Assembly (NCBI GenBank): GCA_951406725.2
Contig: OX597825.1
Span: 83,204,001 to 83,268,000, forward strand
Length of the DNA stretch: 64,000 nucleotides
Origin: Octopus vulgaris
Lineage: Eukaryota
Reading direction: 5' to 3'
Shown: positions 41,297-54,621 of the stretch, piece after piece
Layout: every line of letters starts with the position of its first letter
How positions within the stretch are numbered: position 1 is the first letter of the stretch
Program-made: the position numbers and the translations under genes
The notes under the pieces: generated by a model
Told to the model about the DNA's origin: nothing
The model's input: only the letters and a program-made list of their open reading frames with translations
Database searches by the model: none

Positions 41297-41729
41297 GTTT
41301 ATATAAGTATGTATGTATGTAATATATACGATCGCCACAGGATTCTATCAATCCATTGCACTATATTTAGTTATGTACATAAAAATATGTACTGGGTGCG
41401 GCGTATTACGTTAATCTCCTATTTAAACAATAAATTGCTTGTTATTCCAACAGATATTGAAGCATTCTTATTCGCAGAATTAGTTGCAAATGTTGTATAA
41501 ATCTTCCACATATTCTTTCGTTTTATTGTTTACTCGTCATTACAAATGGCGGCTGGAACGAAATGCAAACATATTATAACACTGAAAATGGTTTTTATGT
41601 AGAATAGCAAGAATAAAGTATAAAAGGGTTATGATTAAGGCAAAGGATGGTCACTGTGAATTGTAAATGCATATGAAATATTGTCAGTAGATATAACAAT
41701 CAACCTGTAAAATTTTATTAACCAACACA

Positions 41730-41949
41730 TACTCTTTACTCTTTTACTTGTTTCAGTCATATGACTGCGGCCATGCTGGAGCACCGCCTATAATCGAGTA
41801 ACTCGACCCCGGGACTTATTCTTTTGTAAACCCAGTACTTATTCTATCGGTCTATTTTGCCGAACCGCTAGGTAACGGGGACATAAACACACCAGCATCG
41901 GTTGCCAACCAATGCTAGGGGGACAAACACAGACACACAAACACACACA

Positions 41950-42003
<54 letters not shown>

Positions 42004-42168
42004 TACGACAGACTTCTTTCAGTTTCCGTCTACCAAATCCATTCACAAGGCTTTGGTTTGCCCGAGGCTATAGTAGAAGACACTTGCCCAAGGTGCCACG
42101 CAGTGGGACTGAACCCGGAACCGTGTGGTTGGTAAACAAGCTACTTACCACACAGCCACTCCTGCGCC
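41730..42168 (-). mobile_element. SINE family C, full length
   Basis: Starts GGCGCAGGAGTGGCTGTGTGGTAAG on the minus strand and ends in the GAGTAAAA-type tail. Confidence 0.95.
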
Positions 42169-42689
42169 TGAAGGATTTTATTTTCATTTTATGATAAAAT
42201 GACTAATGACAAAGGATATTTCATATAGACACAATATCGTATTCTGTGTGACTATGTACACAATTTAGAGGATTGACCACTAAAAGTGGACAGCCTGTAT
42301 GCTAGATACAGACGTTAAAATCGCCATTTTCCACGGAGAATGTGTTCTCAAGAAACAATTCAGCCAAAAACAAAAGCGTAAAAATAAGCAAGACACATGA
42401 AAATATACGAAATAAAACGATTATCTATGCACTAATTAGTTTCACTTGTTAATAATTTACCTAAATGTATGTAAAAATTTTTTCATCTTCGGATTTTTTA
42501 AAATATGCTAGGGCACTGGTTTTAATTGATTAATACCAATTTCTACCCTTATTTAGTTATGTGCATACTCTACATAAGTAACTAAATTCCTGAACCTTTG
42601 CCTCCATGTGAAATATGATACACTGGACATATTAAAAGTTGGATAAAATTGGATTACAGAACATTATACTAAGACGTTGACTAAGAATG

Positions 42690-42860
42690 ATACTACATGA
42701 CCAATATTCGACGAGACGGGCAAGAAAAATCGATGAATAAAGAAAAAAATTGGCTGAAAAACGCAGGACTCATAGTTGAGAACGAAATGCTTTTGATCGC
42801 TGCACAAGATTTCCCACTAGAAATATATAATGAAGCAGAGTGCTAATGTAATTGCTGTAG
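42690..42860 (+). mobile_element. R4/Dong-like LINE coding remnant
   Basis: WLKNAGLIVENEMLLIAAQD at 42751-42810 matches the WL..G.L..ETEG...AAQDQ.L.TR motif upstream of the CCHC finger. Confidence 0.7.
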
Positions 42861-43347
42861 ACAAAAAGCTAAAATGGAGGATATAAACAGACATGATAGC
42901 TTTGGATATATTTATACTTTGAAAATGATGTCAGTATTATAGTTGCACACAGAAATGAATTACATCTCAGATAATGGCTTTGAGCCAACCAGAGAGCTGC
43001 TATACTTTCGCTCCATCTATACGAAATAGTAGCCAAGTATCTCGGAAATAAGAGTGTTCTATCATAAAAGAGGACATTTTCAGTAATACTGTATGGAACA
43101 CATAACGTGAAAAGAAATAAGTGACATGGCCATGTATAGGATGTGTTTGTTCGATGTCTGTCTGTTCGAGAGCCAATGCAGGGCAAAAGAAGAAGAAGAA
43201 TAGAAAACCTATAGGAAATAGGAGAAAAAAGAAAAGGAACAAGAACAACAAGCACAGGCATCACACAAATTGGGAGAAGTATATTAAGGTATCTCTCCCA
43301 GATATTAGTGCCAGAAAAGTCATGGATTATCGAATAATTAATATATC

Positions 43348-43582
43348 TATTTCTTTACTACCCACAAGGGGCTAAACACAGAGGGGACAAACAAGGAAAG
43401 ACACACGGATTAAGTCGATTACATCGACCCCAGGGCGTAACTGGTGCTTAATTTATCGACCCCGAAAGGATGAAAGGCAAAGTCGACCTCGGTCGAATTT
43501 GAACTCAGAACGTAACGGCAGACGAAATACGGCTACGCATTTCGCCCGGCGTGCTAACGATTCTGCCAGCTCGACGCCTTTT
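43348..43582 (-). mobile_element. Complete SINE family B
   Basis: 22-bp TSD with one mismatch at 43326-43347 and 43583-43604. Confidence 0.95.
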
Positions 43583-43870
43583 ATTATCTAATAATTAATA
43601 TATCATTTCTAAAAGGATACAGATGGGCATCCAATGAAAATGAAAGCCTATCATAAGCAATAACAATATCTGAAATTAGTGGAGACTGGGAAACATTGAT
43701 AGAATGATAATCAACTTTATAATGTAAATCCAATGTACGTAATTCTAGAGTAGCGTATCTCCTACTTTTCGACGCTATATTATGTGGCGTAATGTATATG
43801 TACCATAGGTAAGATTTGAAACAGAAGTACTACGCAGAAGATTAATGTGTCCTCGTTGTCTTGGTGATTG

Positions 43871-44080
43871 TACTTTTACTCTTTTACTTGTTTCAGTCAT
43901 ATGACTGTGGCCATGCTGGAGCACCGCCTTTAGTCGAGCAAATCGACCCCCATACTTATTCTTCGGAAGCCTAGTACTTATTCTATCGGTCTCTTCCGCC
44001 GAACCACTACGTTACGGGGACGTAAGCACACCAGCATCGGTTGTCAAGCGATGTTGGGGGGACAAACACAGACACACACG

Positions 44081-44116
<36 letters not shown>

Positions 44117-44294
44117 TATATATACATATATATACGACGAGAGTCTTTCCGTTTCCGTCTACCAAATCCGCTCACAAGGGTTTGGTCGGTGCGAGGCTAT
44201 AGTAGAAGACACTTGCCCAAGGTGCCACGCAGTGGGACTGAACCCGGAACTGTGGTTATTAGCAAGTTGCTTACCACGCATCCACTCCTACGCC
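43871..44294 (-). mobile_element. SINE family C, full length
   Basis: Colinear with 41730-42168. Confidence 0.92.
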
Positions 44295-44419
44295 TAGCAG
44301 ACGTTTCTGTGCTAATAACGCGTCCTGAGGCCCAATATATTTGCTTGACTGTCTTCGTAACTCCAGACAACGCGTCTGTCCTTTTCCTTAACGGAATGTT
44401 ATTTTTCGGAGAATTTCTT

Positions 44420-44660
44420 GATTCCTGAAGTTATCTCTATTTCTAACATGGAACTGTTGCCATATGGTAATTACGTAACAAATTGTGGAGCCGAAGATAT
44501 TTCCTGGCTTTGGGCAAAAGAAAATATAGGAAGATCAGCTAATTTACACTATGTTCAACATATTCCCCTTTTAGATTCACCCACTTATTGCAGCAGGCCC
44601 TCATTTTTTCTAAGCCTAGACAAAAAAAACCTCGAAAGGTTGGGCCTCCAACAAGGCCTT
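44420..44660 (+). mobile_element. Possible RTE-like LINE C-terminal remnant
   Basis: ISNMELLPYGN and LIFSKPRQKKPRKVGPP resemble RTE N..LYG...W.P..KR..GRP; weak. Confidence 0.3.
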
Positions 44661-45433
44661 TTCAGAAGCATACTCTGTATGTGTATGCATACATACATAC
44701 GCACACACATGCATGCACACACACACAAACATATACACACACATGTATATTAAATTATAAATTTATGGATGATGGTAAGCATACATTAATAATAAGGATG
44801 TATTGCAGGTTTATGAAAAAGATAGCACTTTTATTTTGCATGTCTCGGTATCTAGAAATATGCGATGTCAATTTGATATGAAACCTGAATGGATTTTCTC
44901 ACTGAGAAAAGTTACTCTCCTTGTACGGATATGTGGCTCACAGCTAAGTATCCCGTGTATTAGATTTTGGCACGTATCTTTCTTGACATCATCCTAAGCG
45001 TTATAAATGTATTATCAAGATATTTTGGTTCAACAAACTAAAGAAAAATGCCATCATTTCTACAAAGTATACATTGAAATTTCAGTTACATTCTTTAAAA
45101 TATACTCCAGAGAGATTCGACATTCCGTTGGACAATCACAACCATTTTTTTAAAAAACTGATACTACAATTGTTTCAACGAAGATTCGGCAGCAGACCCA
45201 TGGGTGACGCATTATGTAAAATATAGCTTAACACATCAGGGCAATTATTATTGAATTGCAGATGTACGTCCAGGGATATATGGCTCGAACTGTAATATAG
45301 CATTTGTATGCCGATACATGAGGACGATCTTTGTCAACAGACGAATACATATTGAATACACACACACGCACATGTATGTATATATATATATATACACACA
45401 CACATATATATATACATATATATATGTATATAT

Positions 45434-45524
<91 letters not shown>

Positions 45525-46603
45525 ATTCAAATATAATGTATAATATGTATATACATATATAAATGTGTGTGTGTATCAAGCCATCTATAAATATTGAATG
45601 CGTTTTTAAGCATTTCCTATTAGTTGGTTCAAATTTTCTGAATTAATGATTCCATAAACTTCAAATCGATGTAAGACATGAGACATTGGCCTGCATGACA
45701 AGGTAGATGTAATTAAATATCGTCATCGCGGATTCTTCATTAGAATATTCATAGAAAGTCTACAAATTAGATGTATGAGAAGAAACATGACTACGTTTCC
45801 TATTTAATGTATATCATTGCCAAGAAAATGTATCACCTAAAAATGTATAAAACATATTGATATTAATTGAAAAAGCTAATACAATATGTCCGGACGTTTA
45901 TCGTTGCATATCCGTCCTAGATATCATCTTATTAAATTGAACAATATCAATTTTAGCAGGGACTGTAATATTTCAGTGCTTCAGTAATCAGATAACTAAA
46001 ATGAGATTGTGGTGTCGTTGATGATTTCTCATTTCAGATTAAATCTTTGATAAAAATGAATCGTTTCATGTAAAAATATCTGCCATTAAGTAGAATTTTT
46101 TTACGCTTCTAGTTGTCCATTTTATATGCATTATTGAAACAAAATAAAAAAGGATTATTCTTTATTTTGCCGTTTTTTTTTTCCTCTTTGCCGAGACATG
46201 ACATCGATGCTATAATCAAGGAAAGATTGGATATGGGAAGTCGGGGAAACGAGCGAAGTTAAAAGGCGATACACCATCTTCTATTCCTGTTGTTTTAAGA
46301 TTCCACTTGTTAGAAATTTTAATGTCGTTGCAATCACATCAGCCTGCTTCTATTCACCACAACATTAACTTTCTTTTGTTTATTACGATATTTTTTAATG
46401 GCTTCAAACTTACAAGTTTTATTACTCTGCATTCTTCGAAATTCGTTTAGTTTTACGTGGAACGAAGTTGAAAGAAAATAATATACAACAAAATATTAAA
46501 TATATGCAGCTGCCGTTTCTTTCGCCAAAAAGTTTGTCACTGTTACAAATTATTTCGTCTCTTCGGTAATATCGCTTATCCCATATATTTGTGTGTGTGT
46601 GTA

Positions 46604-47026
46604 TACTCTTTTACTCTTTTACTCTTTTACTCTTTTACTTGTTTCAGTCATTTGACTGCGGCCATGCTGGAGCAGCACCTTTAATCGAGCAACTCGAACC
46701 CGGGACTTATTCTTTTGAAAGCCCAGTACATATTCTATCGGTCTCTTTTTGCCGAACCGCTAAGTAACGGGGACATAAACACACCAGCATCGGTTGTCAA
46801 ACAATGCTAGGGGGACAAACACACACACACAAACACACACACGCATACATATATATATACATATATACGACGGGCTTCTTTCAGTTTCCGTCTACCAAAT
46901 CCACTCACAAGGCTATAGTTGGCCCGAGGCTATAGTAGAAGACACTTGCCCAAGGTACCACGCAGTGGGACTGAACCCGGAACCATGTGGTTAGTAAACA
47001 AGCTACTTACCACATAGCAACTCCTG
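46604..47026 (-). mobile_element. SINE family C
   Basis: Four-unit (GAGTAAAA)n tail; shares diagnostic positions (AATGCTAGGGGG, CCCAGTAC) with 41730-42168. Confidence 0.93.
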
Positions 47027-47093
47027 TATATATATATATATATATACATACATAGATAAATGGATACGTAGATAGACAGGAAGACAGACAGAC

Positions 47094-47160
<67 letters not shown>

Positions 47161-47275
47161 CAAACAGTAGGACAGAAAGATAAACTAATAGACAGACAGA
47201 CAAACAGATAAATACATAGTTAAATAGATAGATAGATAGGTCGAAAATTGAATGAAAGACATCCCTTATTCAAAG

Positions 47276-47380
47276 TGACTACAATTGTTTCGGCACATTG
47301 TTACACCTCTAGTACATCGGTGAGATCGTATGTAATTATTATTGTACATCAGATGTGTAAAATGTACCTCTTCAGATGAT
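47276..47380 (-). ncRNA. Type-I hammerhead-ribozyme-like motif with long stem II
   Basis: Minus strand CTGAAGA-GGTACATT...AATGTGCC-GAAAC-AATT-GTA: intact core, 8-bp stem II base, palindromic stem III; stem I weak. Confidence 0.55.
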
Positions 47381-48835
47381 TATTGCAGTCCTCCGTTATA
47401 TCTTCTCTTCGTTCCAATCAGTGAGACAATGCGTACCATTGGTGATGTCTCATTTTCAACGGTTTACAGACAAAATGAATCCCGTAGATATAGTGACCGA
47501 CGAAATACAATTATAGCACAAAACTCATTAATAAAGGAAAGAAAAGAAAAGGGTCATGTTGACTGTAAATTACCATTCTTCTTTAATCTTCTGATTATAC
47601 GGAAGAAATTTCTAAATACATGGAAGAATAAAAACAGCAATAATATTAATACATGCGCATAAAGGCACATTATCTATAAAAGCAGAAAGACCCCCCTCTG
47701 GGTGGTTTTCTGCTAGCTATTTGATAATATTTTTACATTTGATTCCCAATTCTAATAACTTTATATTTTATATCTCATTATTTCTTTGTATAATAATGCT
47801 CACTTGCTTACTAAATATTGCTTTCATTATTTTATCACAGTCATAATCTCTCTTTTTTGGAACAAATATCAAGGTAGTTTAACTACGTTTAGTGAGAAAA
47901 ATATAGCTTTTTCAGTCGCCTCATGCAGAATTGAACGCCCCATTTTGAATTGCAAAAATTCTAATGTGATATTTATGTGTGTGTGTGTGTGTGTGTATGT
48001 GCGTGTGTTTATATTACAGACAGTGCGTGTGTTTATATTAGAGTCAATATGCGTGTGTATGTGTGAGATAGAGGGAGGGACAGAGAGAGGAGAGAGAGAG
48101 TTGGAGAGAGATCATTGCAAACAATGAATGAAATAAACATGAAATGCAAAAATCGATTGTATAAATAAAAGCTCGTTAAAAACTTGTACCAAATATTTAA
48201 AGTTGTGAAGTTGAAATATTCAAAAATAAAATGAAGTTCAGAAAGAAAATGTTCTTGAAAACTTCAATTTATAAAAAATATCTCACTTGCTTAGTAAATA
48301 TTTATTTCGTAGTTGTAATGTTTCTCTAATTTAAACAAACTTCAAGGTAACTCAACAACGTTTAGATTGCTAGAAATAGCAGCGATCACATAGTTATCAT
48401 TGTAAGGTTTATAGCGTTGCATATAGTCATACCAACAAAATCCCTTTTTTATTTAAAAAGAATTATACCTGTATATTAAAATATTTTCGTTTTTATCAAA
48501 AATATTCATTTAAATAACTTGAGAAACTCATATTATTCTTGAAATTGGGTCTCACCAAGTTATACAGCTATTTTGTCTAATCGCATTCAGTCATTCAATA
48601 AATTTTATGTTTTACTCTTATTTCTAGCAATGCTGTGTACTTTCTGATTATAAATCACTGCCCATGGCAGTAACACGCGCTAATGTGAACTAAGTGTTTA
48701 TTACAGGGTTCGAAATCACCTCATACCTGTACGTCTGTATATTCATTTGCGATCTTTAATCGCTATGGTAGGCTGGTTTTAGTCGTTTTCTTCGAATTCA
48801 CCATCGTAAATTTAAAGTAGAGGCAATTCGTTATT

Positions 48836-49255
48836 GTTTTATACGTTTCAGCCCAAAGTTTGTGACCATGCTGGAGCACTGCTAATGTTATAAAATTTTA
48901 AATGACCATATGTAATTGGCTTTCTGTGAAGGAGGGATTCCAATATTGCTGACTTTTTATGAGTTACCTGTCGTGATATAGGTTAATCTGAGATCTTGGG
49001 CAGCATAATATCAAATTCTTTCTTGAAAACCTCTTCTCTTACTTAATGTACATCTCTCAGATAGCTTCGCAAATCAATAAACAACCGTGGGCTTTGGAAT
49101 CTGAACCTATTGCAGTACATTTTCCTCACTCTAGACGGGAAGGCTGGGATCTTTGCAACATGCAGTGACGTTCAGGTCGATATATCTCTCGATGCCAAAG
49201 TTTGGTGTTAACCCCTTATGATATTTCATACGTATATCACTACATATTTCTCCCG
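48836..49255 (-). mobile_element. CR1-like LINE 3' end (ORF2 C-terminus and 3' UTR)
   Basis: EKYVVIYV*NIIRGLTPNFGIE...YCNRFRFQSPRLF..L...LRD....EVFKKEFD..L..ISD*P matches the RRERY.IIY.WKI...GP.LFN.LP...FK..LD..L..VPD.P pattern; ends GTGCTCCAGCATGGTCAC...GCTGAAAC. Confidence 0.8.
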
Positions 49256-49271
49256 TCTTCGCTACAATCTG

Positions 49272-49420
49272 GAGAAATGGTTGAGAAGTTCGCTTCGGAA
49301 CTATGTGGTCCCGGTTTCATTTCAAGTACATGACATCTCGGCAAAAAGTTATTTACAATAGCTTCCACTCGCCCCATAACTTCTATGTAAAACTGAACAT
49401 GCGGAGACTGCATAGAACGC
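49272..49420 (+). mobile_element. Very degenerate family C-like SINE head
   Basis: GGTTGAGAAGTTCGCTT...GGTCCCGGTTTCATT...CTCGGCAAAAAGTT is colinear with the family C head. Confidence 0.45.
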
Positions 49421-49504
49421 ATCGGATACATTCTAGACATAATTCAAAAGATACAGCTTTGTAAAACTGATTCTGTCGGAAAATTACATTAAAGTTATAC
49501 GTAA

Positions 49505-49600
49505 CTCTGGAATACTCAACCACTTGCACGTTTATTCAGCAGAAAATTAAACAGTTGAGCGAACAAATGAATCCTCGTTGTCGAACGACGGATATCCACT
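49505..49600 (+). mobile_element. Degenerate family A tail fragment
   Basis: CTGGAATACTCAACCACTTGCACGTT...CCTCGTTGTCGAACGACGGA resembles 6045-6140. Confidence 0.6.
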
Positions 49601-50267
49601 TATATTCTTAATATGCAGAAGATTGTGATCATAGATTAACCCTCGTTATCCAGGTAAAATCATGGATTCCAGTAATTTGTCAGCTTGTGCAGATTATACT
49701 AAACATTCGAGATAAAATTATGCTAAATATTCGCGATAAAATGTCAGTAAATATGTATGTATATAGCTTAAGTTCATAGGACAGGAATTGTGAACAATAA
49801 TTGAAGACAGCATATATAATTGCTTCATAAATCATATTAACCTCGAGGAGGCAGCTATATATTTCATACATATTTCATACATATAATAAATATTGTACTG
49901 TCCGACTTTACGCAGATTTGTCACTGTTGTTATCATGTATAATAATTTCATATAGGGGTCAGACATGTATATACGCGGTAATGTTCCGTATAGCATTATA
50001 TTATCTCGTTACGCTGAAACTCTTGCGATGTGTGTTAACTGAGGCGAGCTTTTGAAATATGAGGCATTTTAGTTGCATCGTTCTTGAAGAAACATCGAGT
50101 GCCCGGGACAAATCCACAGGCCATAAATATTCAAATTTGTAAACAATTATTTACGACATCCTTAATTGTAAGGATCAGAAATGCAATAGATGCTCTTGTT
50201 TATCATTGAATAAAGGATAAACTATACGTCGATGTATACAAATACACATACAAACACACGTGTGCAC

Positions 50268-50331
<64 letters not shown>

Positions 50332-50334
<3 letters not shown>

Positions 50335-50492
50335 CATCATCATCATCGTTTAACGTCCGGTTTCCATGCTAGCATGGGTTGGGCGATTTTGACTGGTGGC
50401 TGGCGAACCAGATTGCTGCACCAGGCTCCAATCTTGATCTAGCAGAGATTCTACAGCTGGGTGCCCTTCGTAACGCCAACCGCTCCGAGAGC

Positions 50493-50494
<2 letters not shown>
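50332..50494 (-). mobile_element. RTE-related SINE/LINE 3' fragment with (GAT)n tail
   Basis: Minus strand GGTTGGCGTTACGAAGGGCACCCAGCTGTAG ... CCCATGCTAGCATGGAAACCGGACGTTAAAC(GAT)n with terminal stem-loop. Confidence 0.65.
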
Positions 50495-50533
<39 letters not shown>

Positions 50534-50589
50534 TATTTATAAAATGAATATGAATATATGAATTTATATTTGAATTCTGAGTTTTCTTA

Positions 50590-50780
50590 TTCTTCTACTT
50601 GGGACTCATTGGACCGAGACAACACTGGAGCATCGTCTTGAAGTATTTTAATTTATCAAATCGGACCCATTGCTTATCATATGTTTTTTTTTTATGAAAC
50701 CTCGTTATTCTATCATCGCTATATGTCCAACCGCTAGGTACCATAAAGAAACCAACGGCCGTCAAGAGGTAAGTTGCAAA
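50590..50780 (-). mobile_element. Degenerate family C SINE tail
   Basis: CTGGAGCATCGTCTTGAAG and TTATTCTATCATC are colinear with the family C tail. Confidence 0.55.
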
Positions 50781-51764
50781 CACAATGCTATTTACTCAAA
50801 CACACACTCATGCACGCACACACTTGTATCAACATGTAAGTGGGCTAATAGCTTATAATGTGTAGTTTCACGTTATCTCACTAACTAAATGACCTGTTCG
50901 TAATTGAACCAAACGCATATATAACGAATATAGCAAAACAAGTATCTAAACGGACTGCGCGAACTTACATGAAACCCAGACATAGTGCTGCACTTATCTT
51001 CAAATCTGTGATCATTCATCATGTTTTGTTTTGTTATGTTCTGATTTGCTTTGTTTATTTGTACGGTAAGCACAAAAGCCTGCATTTACGTAAGATCTGA
51101 ACTTCACCGCCACGTAAGAGTGTAACATGTCTTGCGTCATTTCGTGTGCATTACATTAAATATAAGCTGCTGGCGTGTTTTCCGTTTCATTTTATTTATC
51201 TGTAATCATGTTTCATTATATTTTGATGCGATGCTGAAAAACTACAGAACTGGGATGGGAGAAACAGTAGACAAGGCAGGTATTAGTTCGCACGCAGGTT
51301 TTATTTCTGCAGACGGATGCTTCAAAAACCCGCAAGTAAACCAATGGATTTTAAGGTTAAAAATCAAAATATGTACATTTAAGTAAATCGTATCCATTAT
51401 TGACATAACAATCCCAGCTAATTATATTTTTGTACCTTACATAAAACCTTTTACCTGTAGAGCAAAAAATAAAATGTAAATGTTGTACGTGTATTGTAAC
51501 CTTTCAATGGAAACATGACATTGTACATGGATAACTGTTATCAAAGAGGTAAGACATCCATGGTGATATGTATAAGAATATTTAAAATTCATATAAAACT
51601 ACATTTAGTTTTGTATGTATAAGCGATGGTGAAATGTTAATGGATATTTTGTGTAGACTTGGGTCCCATTCTGAAACTCTCCCACAATGTAAGGATACTC
51701 CAAAATATACGTGTGTGCGTGTGCATGTGCGTAAGTGTGTGCGTGCTTATGTGTGTGTGGAATT

Positions 51765-51969
51765 ACGCCGAGCGAAATGCGTAGCCGTATTTCGTCTGCC
51801 GTTACGTTCTGAGTTCAAATTCCGCCGAGTTCGACTTTGCCTTTCATGTTTTCGCGGTCGATTAAATAAGTACCAGTTATGGACTTGGCTCGATGTAATC
51901 GACTTAATCAATTTGTCTGTCCTTGTATGTCCCATCTGTGTGTAGCCCCTCGTGGGTAGTAACGAAATA
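51765..51969 (+). mobile_element. SINE family B, 5' end clipped
   Basis: B box GAGTTCAAATTCC, Meta-like domain, tail GTGGGTAGTAACGAAATA. Confidence 0.9.
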
Positions 51970-51996
51970 ATATGTGTGTGGGAGAGAAGAAGAAGA

Positions 51997-52053
<57 letters not shown>

Positions 52054-52795
52054 ACCGTAGCATAAAAAGCCCATGTGTAAATACAATCAATTTTTCACCA
52101 AATTCAAATTGGAAATGTATATGCTTGAGTATGCATGCATATTAGAGAAAGAGAAAAAGAGACAGAGACAGAGACACACAGACAGACAGAATGAGAGAGA
52201 GATAATGAAAGAGAGACAAAGGAGAGCTGAAATTTTGCACGTATTTGTACTATAATCATCTCGTCACATAAGAATTTATTGTGGAACATAATTATTTTGT
52301 GTCTAGTCTCCGAAAACGATAAATGCTTGAATTTCATAAGTTTTTTCGTCGCTTTTTACAAAATTCTGGACGTGAAGGGGACAACACAGACTAAAGGTAA
52401 TCGTATTTAATTGTTATTAATTACTTTATATCGTGCTGCTGTTGTCAGTTGCCTCGAAGATCCTATCTAAAATGAACTTCCGGTATCAATTATAATGATA
52501 ATTTTAAATACCTTTTGTAAAATCGATCACCGCACGATTTATGGTTTAATCGGTTAATTGAGGAAATTAACTTTGGAACACGAATTGTTTGGTTTTGCAT
52601 AAAGGAGGAGGGAAAAGTACCGTTCGCATTTACAGCAGACTCTATTCCAACGCCTAATAATCTTGACATCTAACACTTCAAGCGATCTCTCGTGTTACTG
52701 AACCGCACCATTCATTAATATTTATTGCTATTCATACTTGACGACCGATCATATATTTATTTTTATACTTCGTATTGTTATTATTATAAATACTA

Positions 52796-52859
<64 letters not shown>

Positions 52860-52873
52860 CACTAGTATTATTA

Positions 52874-52923
<50 letters not shown>

Positions 52924-53124
52924 GGTTCTTCTTCTTTCAAATTTGCTTCCAGTTCTTGCCGAGTGTCTTCCCGACTCCTAGGGCATAGAAACTTATTGTA
53001 TACATTGGTAGGCCATTTTTTTAATAGAAATAAAGTTAAATTAAAATACATGGGTAGTAATAGTTCTCCCATCGACAATGCTCTTCTCAATACGTGTGAT
53101 GTACCAGTTAAGACAATCTTTTGC

Positions 53125-53130
<6 letters not shown>
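52924..53130 (-). mobile_element. R4/Dong-like LINE extreme 3' end, copy 1
   Basis: EVQKIVLTGTSHVLRRALS matches the QK..LLGTA.ILR..L C-terminus of RLE-type LINEs; followed by a short UTR and (TAA)n. Confidence 0.8.
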
Positions 53131-53155
<25 letters not shown>

Positions 53156-53215
53156 CTTCTTCTTCTTCTTCTTCTTCTTCTTCTTCTTCTTCTTCTTCTT
53201 CTTCTTCTCCTTCTT

Positions 53216-53283
<68 letters not shown>

Positions 53284-53290
53284 CATTATT

Positions 53291-53500
53291 GGTTTTTCTT
53301 CTTTCAAATTTGCTTCCATTTCTTGCCGAGTGTCTTCCCGACTCCTAGGGCATAGAAACTCATTGTATACATTGGTAGGCCATTTTTTTTTTGATAGAAA
53401 TAAAGTTAAATTAAAATACATGGGTAGTAATAGTTCTCACATCGACAATGCTCTTCTCAATACGTGTGATGTACCAGTTAAGACAATCTTTTGCACTTCT
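53291..53500 (-). mobile_element. R4/Dong-like LINE extreme 3' end, copy 2 (tandem)
   Basis: Nearly identical to copy 1, with the same 5' junction into (GAA)n. Confidence 0.8.
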
Positions 53501-53571
53501 TCTTCTTCTTTTTCTTCTTCTTCTTCTTCTTCTTCTTCTTCTTCTTCTTCTTCTTCTTCGCATTATTATTG

Positions 53572-53610
<39 letters not shown>

Positions 53611-53611
<1 letters not shown>

Positions 53612-53790
53612 CTCCTCCTTCGCTAAGGCGGAGGTATTGTTTTTTCAATCACGTTTGTTTGTTTCTTTGTTTGTGCGTGGACAAGATATCTCGTGAACCG
53701 CTGGATGGATTCATATGAAACGTCCAGGGATGTTTTTTAAATTTCATATTTCTGACCATCGGGAGAGCGCACTCTCGGAGTTTTCAAGTG
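53611..53790 (+). mobile_element. Helentron/DINE-1-like non-autonomous element
   Basis: 5' CTCCTTCGCTAAGGCGGAGG palindrome, (GTTT)n, AAGATATCTC..GGATTCATATGAAAC core, and 3' hairpin GAGAGCGCACTCTC. Confidence 0.6.
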
Positions 53791-54169
53791 TGAGGTTGTG
53801 TGATACGAACCCCATATTAAACTGCACATCATTTTACATGCTCCGAGCAAGCTTGAAGGTTATGCACAGGCAATCAGTTATGAGTGAATAGAATTTCATA
53901 GCAGGAACAGCTGTGAGACATTGAATTTCATTGTATAGTTTCCTGTTCCTTTGTCTTATATATAATTTCTTGCTGCACTCGGCAACCGCTTAATTGCGAA
54001 GAACATGTAGAATGAGTTCTAACAAAAATTCTTCTATCGGTATGCCAAGATAGATAGATATATAGAGAGATAAATAAAAAGATACCTACATACTTACATA
54101 CATGCATACATACATATGCATATGCATTTATGCATATAGACACATACTACCACTTTTACCCCTCCGCAA

Positions 54170-54390
54170 AAAATCTCACATTTTATTTAAGTCGCGTCTT
54201 GCCCTTGCTTTCGAACGCGTAGTAGACGAAACAGGGACAACTGAAGAAAGGGAATAGTCCTTGTGTTGTATGTCTTGTACTCTGCTTTTTCGTTGTTTGA
54301 AAAAAAAAGTCCGTTTCCATATTTTTGTTTTTCTGTTTTCGTTTCTCGTTGTGTTCAAAGTTTTTTGGTGTCCTGTACCCATATATGCAT
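54170..54390 (+). repeat. Unclassified short T-rich element ending in a TA microsatellite
   Basis: Architecture like P1/P2 (structured head, T-rich 3' end, TA tail); hairpin ACAGGGAC/GTCCTTGT; single copy here. Confidence 0.35.
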
Positions 54391-54462
54391 GTATATATAC
54401 ATATAGATGTAGGTATGTTCATATATGTATGTATATATGCGTATGTTTATATATTATTTTGT

Positions 54463-54531
<69 letters not shown>

Positions 54532-54561
54532 TATATATATATATTTATATATATGTATGTA

Positions 54562-54621
<60 letters not shown>

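Noticed and set aside
54225-54266. Permuted hammerhead (GAAAC before CTGAAGA)
   Set aside because: CTGAAGA lies in the loop of a single hairpin; the three-way junction cannot be formed
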